From an uncultured Gammaproteobacteria bacterium (GTDB lineage Bacteria > Patescibacteriota > Patescibacteriia > SBBC01 > CAIJZX01): DNA of 64,000 nt. The position numbers were made by a program, and so were the translations under genes. Every line of letters begins with the position of its first letter. Position 1 is the stretch's first letter. Shown one piece after another: positions 39,181-48,871 of the stretch. The stretch lies in the NCBI GenBank assembly GCA_964397195.1, contig CAYNGY010000005.1, positions 685 through 64,684 of the forward strand, given 5' to 3'. The notes under the pieces were generated by a model. The model had not been told where the DNA came from, made no database searches, and was given only the letters and a program-made list of their open reading frames with translations.

Positions 39181-40564
39181 ATTCAATAGACGAAGTATAC
39201 CACGAATGATCAATATTCATGGAGTACTGGATGATTTGACGGAGCCGACGTGTGTCGGGGTACAACGCCAGGGCGCGTTCAATGGTCGCCCATAGCGCTT
39301 CGGGATCTGGCTTGGTGAACACTAGGCCGTTGCCATGGGCGGGAAAGGCATCAACGTCCACCACGGTATCATGAAGTCCGCCGGTGTCGCGGACGATCGG
39401 TATGGCGCCGTACCGGAGGGCGATCAGTTGGCCGAGCCCACAGGGCTCAAAGAGTGAGGGCATCAGGAAAAAATCACCGGCCGCATACAGCCGTCGACCT
39501 AGGGCGGAATCAAATGTCAGGCGACTACGAACACCCGGCCATTTTTCGGCCTGACGCAGGGCAGCTTCTATTTCCGGAAATCCGGTGCCGAGAAAGGCGA
39601 CCTGTGCCCCACGAGCCTGTAGGCGCTCGATCAGCGGTAGAATGAGGTTGATGCCCTTCTGACCGACAAGGCGGCCCACAGTGACAAATAACGGGGCCTG
39701 AGCGGCCTCTGGGAGCCCAAGCGCGCGCTGCACGGCGAGTTTGTTCTCGGGTTTTCCGGTGACGAAGGTGTTCGCGTTATATGTTTGGGCAAGGGCGAGG
39801 TCTGTTTCGGGATTGTATGACTCGTTATCAATCCCGTTCAGTATCCCAACCACACCGCCGGCGGACAATTCTTGGTCAAGGCGCTCACCGTGTTCAGGTG
39901 AGACGATTTCAGCGGCGTACGTCGGGCTCACTGTCGTGACTTGATGAGCGTGGGTGATGCCAAGTTGCAATAGATTTAGATCGCCGCGTTGGTCGCGGAG
40001 CGTCCACCGGTCAGCTAGTCGTGGCGGTAGCCACGCGGCCGCCTCATCGCCGCTCCAGACGCCTTGGATATCAAGATTATGGATCGTGAGAATGGACGCC
40101 GGGTCGTTGGGCTGATCAAGGAGTGCTGGCAAGAGGGCGGTGTGCCAATCGTGGCAGTGGACGATATCCGGTTTCCATGGGCTGGCGCGAAGCAGTGCTT
40201 CGATGGCGAGCGAAAATCGTACAAAGCGCTGAATAACGCCGCGAAGTGTTTCCGGGTCCTGCCCAAGCGGGTAGACGGTACCTCGAAATTCGTTTGGCCA
40301 GCCAACAAGATAGAGTGGGACGGAGGATTGAGGCAGAACCGTTTCACGGACGTGCACGGTTCCCGACTGGCCGGAGAATTCGGCCGTGGCCGCCCATGGG
40401 GTTGGCGTGGCCTGCGTCGTCGTTAGCGCCTCATAGTCTGGTAAAAAGATACGGACGTCATGACCCTGGGCGACAAGGGCCTTCGAAAGCGCGCCTACAA
40501 CATCTGCTAGGCCGCCTACCTTGATGAGGGGAGTACATTCGGCGGCAACAAAGGCGATGCGCAT
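39131..40564 (-). CDS. glgA: glycogen/starch synthase (GT5)
   Basis: KVGGLADV, HCHDWH, NGID, QKG, PSLFEPCGL. Confidence 0.95.
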   Translation of the reverse strand: MRIAFVAAECTPLIKVGGLADVVGALSKALVAQGHDVRIFLPDYEALTTTQATPTPWAATAEFSGQSGTVHVRETVLPQSSVPLYLVGWPNEFRGTVYPLGQDPETLRGVIQRFVRFSLAIEALLRASPWKPDIVHCHDWHTALLPALLDQPNDPASILTIHNLDIQGVWSGDEAAAWLPPRLADRWTLRDQRGDLNLLQLGITHAHQVTTVSPTYAAEIVSPEHGERLDQELSAGGVVGILNGIDNESYNPETDLALAQTYNANTFVTGKPENKLAVQRALGLPEAAQAPLFVTVGRLVGQKGINLILPLIERLQARGAQVAFLGTGFPEIEAALRQAEKWPGVRSRLTFDSALGRRLYAAGDFFLMPSLFEPCGLGQLIALRYGAIPIVRDTGGLHDTVVDVDAFPAHGNGLVFTKPDPEALWATIERALALYPDTRRLRQIIQYSMNIDHSWYTSSIEYVRLYERIRKNTADQA

Positions 40565-40568
40565 ATAT

Positions 40569-41615
40569 TTATTCTAGGTCGGTCAGGGCTTGGCGCATTT
40601 CCCGGAGAAAGATGTGGTAGGCGCGCTCTAGGGCTGGGCGCTGGGACGCCGGAAGGCGAGGGTAGCGATTGGGCTGGGCGTGGTTGAGGCGGATATAACA
40701 GAACCCGGCCAAGCGTGTGGCCAACGAAAGTGTAGCAAGTGCCCAGGCTCGACTCGTTGTCGGCCCTTGCCCCAGTTGTTTCTCGGTGACCAAGCGGAAT
40801 TGTCGTTGCCAGCGCGGATTGCGCCAGGCGTGAAGATAGACCATGACAGCATCGAACGTCGGGATATTTGCGTGGGCGAGCTCCCAGTCAAAAACAACCA
40901 CTGGGCGTCTCCCGGTTGAGCGAACCATGATGTTAGTTGGGTACATGTCGCCGTGCGTGAAGGTGTTGGCGTGTCGCGCAAAAAATGTTTTTGCTGAAAG
41001 GAGGGCCTCAGCAATTCGATCAACGTCGTCGGTCGTCCATCCGGCCGTCGGGTGTCGACGAAGCATCGGCCGAAGAAACTCGCGTTCGTAGTAGTGAAAA
41101 TCGAGCATGTACCAGCCGAGGCCGTGAACTTCCAGCCTGGATCGGCGACGGAAGAACGCGGACATGCCGCGAATATCATCTACGATGGCAGCCATTGCCT
41201 GTGGTCGGACGGCGCGGAAAAAGGATGGCGAAAAGCCAAACCATTCGGTCATATCGCCGGCAAACATCCCGTCCCAATATCGTCTGACCAGCCAAAGCCG
41301 ACCGCGCGCGTCATGGTGAGCGATGTATGACGGGGAGTCAAAGTGGGGACTGGTGCGCTTTTCGTAGGCGGCGAATAATTGCTGAACACGAATTTCTTCG
41401 CGCAGGGCGCGACGAAGATGCGGCTCTTGTTGGAGTGAGGCCTTAAACCAGACGACGGTTTTTTTTGCGGTAACCATCGGGGCCATGTAGTACCGCGCTT
41501 GACGGCCGATGGCCTCGTTGATGGTGTCGGTTTCGCGTAGGGGCCGGAGCTTCAGGGCCGCGAGGCTGGACTCAATCCATGGAACAATCCCGGGGATGAG
41601 GCGATAGGGTTTCAT
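40569..41615 (-). CDS. aminoglycoside-phosphotransferase/choline-kinase-like kinase
   Basis: Brenner motif HGDMYPTN and DWE. Confidence 0.8.
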   Translation of the reverse strand: MKPYRLIPGIVPWIESSLAALKLRPLRETDTINEAIGRQARYYMAPMVTAKKTVVWFKASLQQEPHLRRALREEIRVQQLFAAYEKRTSPHFDSPSYIAHHDARGRLWLVRRYWDGMFAGDMTEWFGFSPSFFRAVRPQAMAAIVDDIRGMSAFFRRRSRLEVHGLGWYMLDFHYYEREFLRPMLRRHPTAGWTTDDVDRIAEALLSAKTFFARHANTFTHGDMYPTNIMVRSTGRRPVVVFDWELAHANIPTFDAVMVYLHAWRNPRWQRQFRLVTEKQLGQGPTTSRAWALATLSLATRLAGFCYIRLNHAQPNRYPRLPASQRPALERAYHIFLREMRQALTDLE

Positions 41616-41679
41616 AGGGAGAGCCGAGATTAGTCGCGGAAACAAAAACTACTCAGATGCCGATATTGTACCACACAAA

Positions 41680-41702
41680 TGCCCGCCGGGAAGCGGCGGG
41701 CA
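41680..41702 (-). terminator. intrinsic terminator after the GH57 gene
   Basis: TGCCCGCCG-GGAAG-CGGCGGGCA, followed by TTTG on the minus strand. Confidence 0.6.
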
Positions 41703-41728
41703 GGCGGAGAAACGAAGCCCAGTAGTTG

Positions 41729-43096
41729 TTATGACTCGACCGATTTGTCGTACGAGCGGAGCTCCTTAATGCGGTCGCGTAGTTGTGCGGCTCGCTCGAA
41801 CTCCTGTCGCGAGGCCATTAGGGCCATTTCTTTTTCAAGATTTGCGACGATCTTCTCGATCTCCGCTTTTGGCAGATCAGGGATCGTCTCATCAGTGCGC
41901 TGTCGCACCTCCTCATCCTCTTGTCTGGCAAGCTCATCAACAACGCCCTCTCGTTGCCACTCGAATCCTTGGAATAGGATATTTTGGTAGAGCTCTTGGG
42001 CGCGTACTTTATCGGCCGGGGTGGATTTCGGGGAGATATTAATCGTGTCCCGTAGTTCTTTTGCGCCGCGCTCGATCATTTCAAGCGACCACCATGGTTT
42101 GGCGCTGGCCCACCAGTACTGGTCGGAGTGAAGCGCGCGGTCGAGCGCGATTCGAGCGGCCGGAAAGCCCGGGTCGGTCGTTGGCGTGCGGTGGACGGTT
42201 TCGATCGCGAGATTCGTTAGCTGCCATTGCATGGTATGAATCGGGTTTTGGCTGTCTTGCCAACGGGAGAATGGCTCGCTCTTTTCTAGATCTTTTTCCA
42301 TTAACGCCCACGTTGACGGCAGTGTCGGAGTCGTGGTGCGTTTTGGGAAGGCGGTGAGAAGATCTGAGATAAGAGCGGTCTCAACGATCTTTGATTCGTA
42401 GATCTCAAACAACAGGTGCTCGAGGCCGGGACGGTGGTGACCAAAGGTCTCGCCATCCATCGCGGTCAGCAGATACTCGTCTTTCTTCAGGCGGTCACCA
42501 AGGCTGGAGAGCAGCAATGAGCCGGTACCAATCTGGCCGGACAGGATTTTGTAGCTCATGTTCCGCTCGCGGAAGAAAATGTTGAAGTCAGGGACGCCCT
42601 CGACTTGGTAAATAGTCGTTGGATCTAGTCGGCCTCGTTCGCGGCTGTATGAGAGCTCATCAACGATAATCCACTTGTACCCCATTTTTGCTACCACCTC
42701 GGCCACGTGCGTTGAGAAGGCCATTTCCGGTGGGAAAAACCCGATCGGTTTATACAGATCGCCGAAGTATTTCTTGTGGGTCTCGTTGTTTAACTCAACC
42801 TGGCGAATGATTTCATCGTCAGGCAGCATCGGGAGAAGCGGATGGTACTTCGCTGAGGCGGTCAATTCGATTTGACCGCGTCGGAGTAGCTCACGAAGTC
42901 CGTCGATGACGTCATGTTCGCCATTTGCATCAAGCAACTCGTCGAGGATCCCATTAATGTTAATAGTGACCCGAGCGGTCGGATGTTCTAGTAGCCCTTG
43001 GACGAGGCGTCGATAGGACTCGGCGGTAATCTTTTTGACCCAAAATGATTTTTGGGTTGGTGGTTGGTAGAAATGAAGAAAGTTGGCCCATAGCAT
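41729..43096 (-). CDS. glycoside hydrolase family 57 protein with C-terminal UVR coiled coil
   Basis: HFYQP, YHPLLP, FPPEMA, DGETFGHH, SDQYWW; tail EFERAAQLRDRIKEL. Confidence 0.9.
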   Translation of the reverse strand: MLWANFLHFYQPPTQKSFWVKKITAESYRRLVQGLLEHPTARVTININGILDELLDANGEHDVIDGLRELLRRGQIELTASAKYHPLLPMLPDDEIIRQVELNNETHKKYFGDLYKPIGFFPPEMAFSTHVAEVVAKMGYKWIIVDELSYSRERGRLDPTTIYQVEGVPDFNIFFRERNMSYKILSGQIGTGSLLLSSLGDRLKKDEYLLTAMDGETFGHHRPGLEHLLFEIYESKIVETALISDLLTAFPKRTTTPTLPSTWALMEKDLEKSEPFSRWQDSQNPIHTMQWQLTNLAIETVHRTPTTDPGFPAARIALDRALHSDQYWWASAKPWWSLEMIERGAKELRDTINISPKSTPADKVRAQELYQNILFQGFEWQREGVVDELARQEDEEVRQRTDETIPDLPKAEIEKIVANLEKEMALMASRQEFERAAQLRDRIKELRSYDKSVES

Positions 43097-43125
43097 AGGC
43101 CACTAGTATAGCAGATCGCGGGGTT

Positions 43126-44343
43126 TTATACCTGCCCGCCGCCCATGTAGCGGACGTCCCCAGTGTCTTCGAGGTACGCTTGTTGGCGCTTTTTAGCCAA
43201 CCCCGTCCGCTCCCAGAGCTCGACTGAGACGCTGATTTGTTGGACAATCTGCTCAACCGCATTTCGGCTACTAGCCGGAATGGAGGTTAGCGGTCCGATT
43301 GCGTCCGCTAATTTTTGGGTCTCACGAAGGATAATAGACAGATCCCACCACGGCGAGGCTGAGGCCCACCAATATCGATCAGAGGCCAGCGCCCGGTCGA
43401 GAAGTCGTCGGGCGGCGGAATAGTTTGGGTCGCTCGCAGCGGCGCTAACGATTTTAATTACGGCGTTTGTGAGCGCCCACTGATCGCGATGGACAGGATT
43501 GTCTGGATGTGACCACAGGCTATATGGGATGTCGTGCTCAATGTCGCGGGGCTGGGAAGACCAGCTTCCGGCTCGGGCAGATAACGGGGCGGCCGGGCCA
43601 GCATTCACGAACTCAGAAATAGTGGCGGTGGTGACGCCGGGGTAGGTGACGAGGAATTCCCACAGCTTTTCGACGCCATGACGGTGATGACCGAGATTTT
43701 CGCCGTCCATAGCCGTGATCAGCAACTCGCGGCTTCGTTTGTCTTCGGAGATAGCTCGTAGTCCGTCAGCCGGGTTCCCTAGATCGGAAGAGAATGAAAG
43801 GTAGTCGCTAATATGTCGGTTCCGAAAGATGACGCGGAGACCGCCCGGCGTGGTGTATGGCCGATCGATTGGGAGACGGCCAACGGTACCGTCGCCACAA
43901 ACCTCGTCGAGAATAATCCACTCATAGCCAAGGGCGCGAAGAATCGGATCGAGCGATGGCGCATACGCCATTTCCGGACAATAGAACCCGCGTGGCCGAA
44001 AGGATGGCCCGAAGATGCGACCATGAAAAGCCTCTTGGAGTTGAATCTGGCGACGAATTTCGTCGGCCGGTAAGAGCGGGAGAATGGGATGGTACATCGC
44101 ACTGCCCACCAGCTCAACTTGGCCACGGGCAATCAGCGCCCGAAACCGGTCGAGGACATCGCCAAGCTCAAGCGCTTCAAGCTGTTCGCTCAGGGCAGCG
44201 GTGATATTCATGGTGATCTTTAGGCTGGGATGGGCCTCGAGAATTGACAACACGGGACGGTAGGACTCATTCGTGACGCGACGAATGATTGCCTCGTCCC
44301 ACGCGGGTGGTTGGTAAATGTGGAAGAAGTTAAGCCACTGCAT
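43126..44343 (-). CDS. glycoside hydrolase family 57 protein (paralog)
   Basis: HIYQP, YHPILP, CPEMA, DGENLGHH, SDRYWW; start 44343 or 44376. Confidence 0.9.
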   Translation of the reverse strand: MQWLNFFHIYQPPAWDEAIIRRVTNESYRPVLSILEAHPSLKITMNITAALSEQLEALELGDVLDRFRALIARGQVELVGSAMYHPILPLLPADEIRRQIQLQEAFHGRIFGPSFRPRGFYCPEMAYAPSLDPILRALGYEWIILDEVCGDGTVGRLPIDRPYTTPGGLRVIFRNRHISDYLSFSSDLGNPADGLRAISEDKRSRELLITAMDGENLGHHRHGVEKLWEFLVTYPGVTTATISEFVNAGPAAPLSARAGSWSSQPRDIEHDIPYSLWSHPDNPVHRDQWALTNAVIKIVSAAASDPNYSAARRLLDRALASDRYWWASASPWWDLSIILRETQKLADAIGPLTSIPASSRNAVEQIVQQISVSVELWERTGLAKKRQQAYLEDTGDVRYMGGGQV

Positions 44344-45790
44344 GGAGTTTGAGGGCTCGGCGGTAGAGCTCAACATATTTCTGAGCAGGAAGTTCCCACG
44401 AGAACGATTGCCGCATCGCCTGCCAGGTGAGGTGTTCCCAGACCTGCGGGTATTTAAATGTTTCGATGGCGCGAGTGAGGCTCATGAGCAAGTCGAGGCC
44501 GGTATGGCGCGCGAATACAAATCCGTTGCCAGTGCCGGTTCGTGGATCGAAGTCGGTAACGGTATCGGCGAGCCCACCGACGCGGTGGACAATCGGAATC
44601 GATCCATATCGAAGGCTGATGAGCTGAGAAACGCCGCAGGGCTCAAAGCGTGATGGCATTAAGAACATGTCCGAAGCGGCATAAATACGGGAGGCCATTG
44701 GTACATCGTAACTCAGGTTGACCGACACTTGGCGAGGGTATTTTTTCATGGCTTGACGGAAGAACCGAACGTAGCCGCGGTCACCGAAGCCGGTAATGGC
44801 CAGCTGGACACGCTCTTGGACGAGCGCCGGAAGAATCTCCATGATCAAGTTAAGCCCCTTTTGTTCAGTGAAACGGTGGGCCATCCCAAGCAGGGGAATC
44901 GTTGGATCAACAGTTAAACCAAACTCTTTTTGGTAAGCGGTTTTATTTGCTAACTTTTTATCGAGCGAGTTCCAGTCGTAATGGATCGGAACGTATGGGT
45001 CAAAGCTGGGGTTAAAAACCGTGTAATCGATACCGTTGATAATGCCGAAAACTCGGTCGCGACGTCGTCGGAGATGTCCGTCGAGGCCCTCCCCAAACTT
45101 TTTGGTCAAGATTTCCTGAGCGTAACGCTCGCTGACGGTGCTGATGATGTCGGCATAACGGATTCCGCGGAGCGTAAAGTTTACGCGTGATAACTTATCA
45201 GGATCCTCCGGCGGGAGCCCGAGGCCGCGATCGCGTTCGGCGGGTGGAATCTCATACCACATTCGCGGGAGCTGATAGAGGATATTATGAATGGTGTAGA
45301 CGATGGATGTTTTGCTCCACCATGGATCTTTAGCAAACAACGAATGATAGTAGTTCGGGATCAGCCCGGTTTGCATATCGTGGCAGTGCAAGATGTCCGG
45401 GGCATACCCGAGGAGGTGAAACACATCGAAAATGGCACGGTCGAAGACGGCAAAGCGCAGGGCGTCGTCACCGTAGGCGTATATGCGGTCACGATTCCCA
45501 AAGAGATCCGGCTGATGCGCGAATATGACCGGGACGGCGGTGTGTCCCGGTAGGACGGCTTGGGTAAACCAGAACGGGTATTTTTTCCCGTTAAATTCGA
45601 CCTCCGTCCGCCCGATTTCAGTTTGCGTGACGTTTTGTTGGTCGATAAACTTATAGTAGGGCGTAATAATGATCGGCTCGTGTCCGAGGAGCTTGATGTG
45701 CTTCGGGAGCGCGTTAATCACATCGCTTAACCCGCCGGCCTTTGAGAACGGCGCTACTTCGCTAGCGATGATCGCTATTTTAAGTGGCAT
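44330..45790 (-). CDS. glgA: glycogen/starch synthase (GT5), second copy
   Basis: KAGGLSDV, HCHD, NGID, EQKG, PSRFEPCG. Confidence 0.95.
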   Translation of the reverse strand: MPLKIAIIASEVAPFSKAGGLSDVINALPKHIKLLGHEPIIITPYYKFIDQQNVTQTEIGRTEVEFNGKKYPFWFTQAVLPGHTAVPVIFAHQPDLFGNRDRIYAYGDDALRFAVFDRAIFDVFHLLGYAPDILHCHDMQTGLIPNYYHSLFAKDPWWSKTSIVYTIHNILYQLPRMWYEIPPAERDRGLGLPPEDPDKLSRVNFTLRGIRYADIISTVSERYAQEILTKKFGEGLDGHLRRRRDRVFGIINGIDYTVFNPSFDPYVPIHYDWNSLDKKLANKTAYQKEFGLTVDPTIPLLGMAHRFTEQKGLNLIMEILPALVQERVQLAITGFGDRGYVRFFRQAMKKYPRQVSVNLSYDVPMASRIYAASDMFLMPSRFEPCGVSQLISLRYGSIPIVHRVGGLADTVTDFDPRTGTGNGFVFARHTGLDLLMSLTRAIETFKYPQVWEHLTWQAMRQSFSWELPAQKYVELYRRALKLHAVA

Positions 45791-46292
45791 GGGTGTTTGG
45801 TTTGTTGGCGGCACAAATAGCAATTGCTAATGCATCCGCCTCGTCGTCGAATTGTATCCTGTTTGTGATATTCAGCAAAGCACGAACCATGGTGATCATT
45901 TGAGTTTTATCTGCGCGGCCGTAGCCGGTGGTGGCTATTTTGACATCGTTCGGGGTAAATTCGCGACACGGTATGTGCCGTTGGCCGGCGATGAGTAATA
46001 CAACCCCCCGCGCCTCAGCCACACCGAGAGCCGTTGTAGTATTGCGGCTGAAGAAGAGCCTCTCAAGGGAGACCTCGGCCGGCTGGTGTGTTGTGCAGAG
46101 CGTGTCGAGTTCGCGGTAGACAGTGTGCAGTCGTTCCGTCATTGGCGAGGACGCTCGAGTGACGATGCATCCAGAATCGATTCGACGCAATGCTGACCCT
46201 GAAACCTCAAGGATCGCCCAGCCGAGGCGGCCATATCCGGGATCAATCCCGAGGATGCGGCGAGAGCTAGGCTGTTTCGTTCGTGGTGACAT
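45780..46292 (-). CDS. ruvC: Holliday junction resolvase RuvC
   Basis: ILGIDPG, E.LFF..N, EARGV, DDEADALAIA. Confidence 0.96.
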   Translation of the reverse strand: MSPRTKQPSSRRILGIDPGYGRLGWAILEVSGSALRRIDSGCIVTRASSPMTERLHTVYRELDTLCTTHQPAEVSLERLFFSRNTTTALGVAEARGVVLLIAGQRHIPCREFTPNDVKIATTGYGRADKTQMITMVRALLNITNRIQFDDEADALAIAICAANKPNTHAT

Positions 46293-46992
46293 TGGTGATA
46301 TCGGGGTGTTCGTCGAGAACCTCGAAGAGATCGGCAAGCCGCTGTTCTTCCTCAGCAGAGAGGCGAACCGGTGTGGTAGGAATAAGCTCGGCCCCGGAAG
46401 CGGTAATGGTTACTAGGCCCGGATCGATAGCGGAGCGCACCCGCTCAATGTCGTTGGCCTGGCATTCGATAGTCACGTCGCGCCCAGTGATTCTTGCGTC
46501 GGTGGCCCCGGTTTCCAAAAGGCTCAGGGCCATCGCATCAGGGTCTTGCGGGTCAGCCAGCAGCGTGCCGCGGATGACCCCGCGCCGGTCAAACATCCAG
46601 GCGACACTATTTTGACCGCCCAGGCTCCCGCCGTATTTACTAAGGGCCGCACGCAGGTCACCGGCGGTCCGATTTGAGTTATCGGTGACCGTTTCGATCA
46701 TCAGGGCGACCCCGCCGGGCCCAAATCCCTCGTAGACAATCTCTTTTACCTGGTCCCCGCGGGCCTCGCCAGTCCCGGCCTTAATGGCGCGCTCAACATT
46801 GTCGTTTGGCATGTTGTCGGCGCGGGCGTTGTCGATAGCCAGACGTAAACGGAAGTTCATTGTTGGATCGCCGCCACCGGCTCGAGCCGCCACGGCGATG
46901 AGTCGCGCATGTTTCGTAAACGAAGCAGACCGGCGAGCGTCGGTAACCGCCTTTTGCCGTTTAATGGTGGACCACTTAGAATGGCCGGACAT
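46267..46992 (-). CDS. yebC: YebC/PmpR family protein
   Basis: MSGHSKWSTIKRQK, YEGFGPGGVA, TDNSNRT. Confidence 0.96.
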   Translation of the reverse strand: MSGHSKWSTIKRQKAVTDARRSASFTKHARLIAVAARAGGGDPTMNFRLRLAIDNARADNMPNDNVERAIKAGTGEARGDQVKEIVYEGFGPGGVALMIETVTDNSNRTAGDLRAALSKYGGSLGGQNSVAWMFDRRGVIRGTLLADPQDPDAMALSLLETGATDARITGRDVTIECQANDIERVRSAIDPGLVTITASGAELIPTTPVRLSAEEEQRLADLFEVLDEHPDITNVTTNETA

Positions 46993-47230
46993 GGCCGAGT
47001 GACAAAAAAATCGAAAATCGCGCTCGAAGTGTACCAAATTTTATCGACCAAGTCAATCGGTGCCATTCGCTCTTGCGCATACCCATGCCGTTCTGCTAGA
47101 GTGCAGGCACTGCCTCTCGTCGACTAGCGAGAATGCACGAAAAAAGAAACTGGTCGCCCGCGTTCCCGCTCCCCATGCTTGAGCGGGAGCGTTACGGTTC
47201 CAAAGGCGATTTTTTTGCTATACTGTTCTT

Positions 47231-48871
47231 ATGGAACATACGGAAAATCAACACCAGCCATGGTGGCGCCGGGAATGGTTCTGGCTCTCCTACGTCTGTA
47301 TTTTTGTGATCAGCTTCGCGGTCATGCTCGTATTGCAATCCGCTCCGGTTTTTGCGGATCCGGACTCGTTCTACCATACGAAGATGGCTCTCCTGCTTCG
47401 GGACGAGGGAATCCACCGTGATTTTCGTTGGTTAGACATGACGACGCTTGGTACGCACTATACCGACCAGCACTTTTTGTACCACCTACTCCTGATTCCC
47501 TTCGTCACCGTCTTTTCGCCACTGATTGGTATGAAGGTGGCAACGGTTTTTTTCGGGGCGGCCCTCTTTACCGTTATCTACTGGTTCTTGCGATCGTTTA
47601 GCGTGCGATGGGCCTTCGTCTACCCGCTGGTGCTCCTCTTTATACGGCCATTCACCTTTCGGATTGCGCTCGCGAAAGCGCCGAGCACGTCGCTCATCAT
47701 TTTAATAATCGGAATCGCCTGGATATTTCGATATCAACTGCGCCGCCTTTTTTGGCTGGCCTTCGCGTATGTCTGGTACTATGGCGGTTTCCCGCTTCTT
47801 GGGGTGGCGGCGACGGTGAGCGCCACTATGAGTGCTATTCATAATCGTGTCCATCGTCAGATGCCCGGACATCGGTTCTTAGCGAATCTCCGAGCCCTGA
47901 TTGCTCCGCGGGGTGCTCATCGCTCGCGCCTCAGTCTTAATGTATTAATGTTGACGGTGGTTGTCGGCGGGCTACTCGCAGGCGTCGTATTTAACCCGTT
48001 TTTCCCGAAGAATATCGGGTTCTATGAACAACAGCTCGTAAACATTGGCATTATCAACTACAAAGACAAGATCGGTGTTGGGGCGGAATGGTATTCGTAC
48101 AACCTCGGGGAGTTACTGGCAAACGGCGCATTCGCAACGCTCCTCGTGCTTGTTGCCGCGCTGGGCATCATTTTTCGCTTCAAAGCACAGTCAAAGCGAA
48201 CGTGGACGCTCGCGATTCTGGCGCTGTTCTTTTTTCTGCTGACCCTCAAGTCGCGACGCTATGTTGAGTATTATATCCCGTTTTCGGTGTTGTTCGCGGC
48301 TTTTAGTATCTCAGATTCGGTGAGTGGAAGCTCGGGATCCCGACTTTTGGTCGAGCTACGGGGTTTTGTGACCAAAACGACGTGGGGCCGGGTGATCGGC
48401 GGCATCTTTGGCCTCTATCTTGCGGTTGGCGTTGGTTTCGTGGCGGGCCGCGACTTTTCGGCGGAACGCAAAGACCTTCGTAGCGGATATGGGCTGCAAG
48501 AACTAGCGCCGGCTAGCCGCTGGCTCGCCGCGCACACGCCGGAGAACGCGCGAATCGTCCACTCGGATTGGGACGAATTCCCGGTACTTTTTTATCATAA
48601 TACACATAATCGATATATCATTGGGCTCGACCCGACCTTTCTCTACAAGGCGAACCCAGATACATATTGGACCTGGGCAAATTTGACGCTCGGAAAGTAC
48701 GATGGCGACGTGTATCGAGCGGTGACAGAAACGCTTGGCGCTCGATACGTATTTCTGACTAATGATCACGTTGGTATGGACGCCCTTATCCAGCGTGATG
48801 GCAGGTTCACGAAGGTATATGAGGATAGTGAGGCGACGATTTACCGCGCTGACACAGAGACCTCGTCATGA
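47231..48871 (+). CDS. GT-C membrane glycosyltransferase resembling STT3/AglB
   Basis: Many TM; loop DPDSFYH; C-terminal WLAAHTPENARIVHSDWDEF, YVFL, KVYED. Confidence 0.65.
   Translation: MEHTENQHQPWWRREWFWLSYVCIFVISFAVMLVLQSAPVFADPDSFYHTKMALLLRDEGIHRDFRWLDMTTLGTHYTDQHFLYHLLLIPFVTVFSPLIGMKVATVFFGAALFTVIYWFLRSFSVRWAFVYPLVLLFIRPFTFRIALAKAPSTSLIILIIGIAWIFRYQLRRLFWLAFAYVWYYGGFPLLGVAATVSATMSAIHNRVHRQMPGHRFLANLRALIAPRGAHRSRLSLNVLMLTVVVGGLLAGVVFNPFFPKNIGFYEQQLVNIGIINYKDKIGVGAEWYSYNLGELLANGAFATLLVLVAALGIIFRFKAQSKRTWTLAILALFFFLLTLKSRRYVEYYIPFSVLFAAFSISDSVSGSSGSRLLVELRGFVTKTTWGRVIGGIFGLYLAVGVGFVAGRDFSAERKDLRSGYGLQELAPASRWLAAHTPENARIVHSDWDEFPVLFYHNTHNRYIIGLDPTFLYKANPDTYWTWANLTLGKYDGDVYRAVTETLGARYVFLTNDHVGMDALIQRDGRFTKVYEDSEATIYRADTETSS

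Noticed and set aside
47133-47309. 58-aa ORF MHEKRNW... in the yebC intergenic region
   Set aside because: No clear SD, crosses a terminator-like hairpin and overlaps the next gene out of frame
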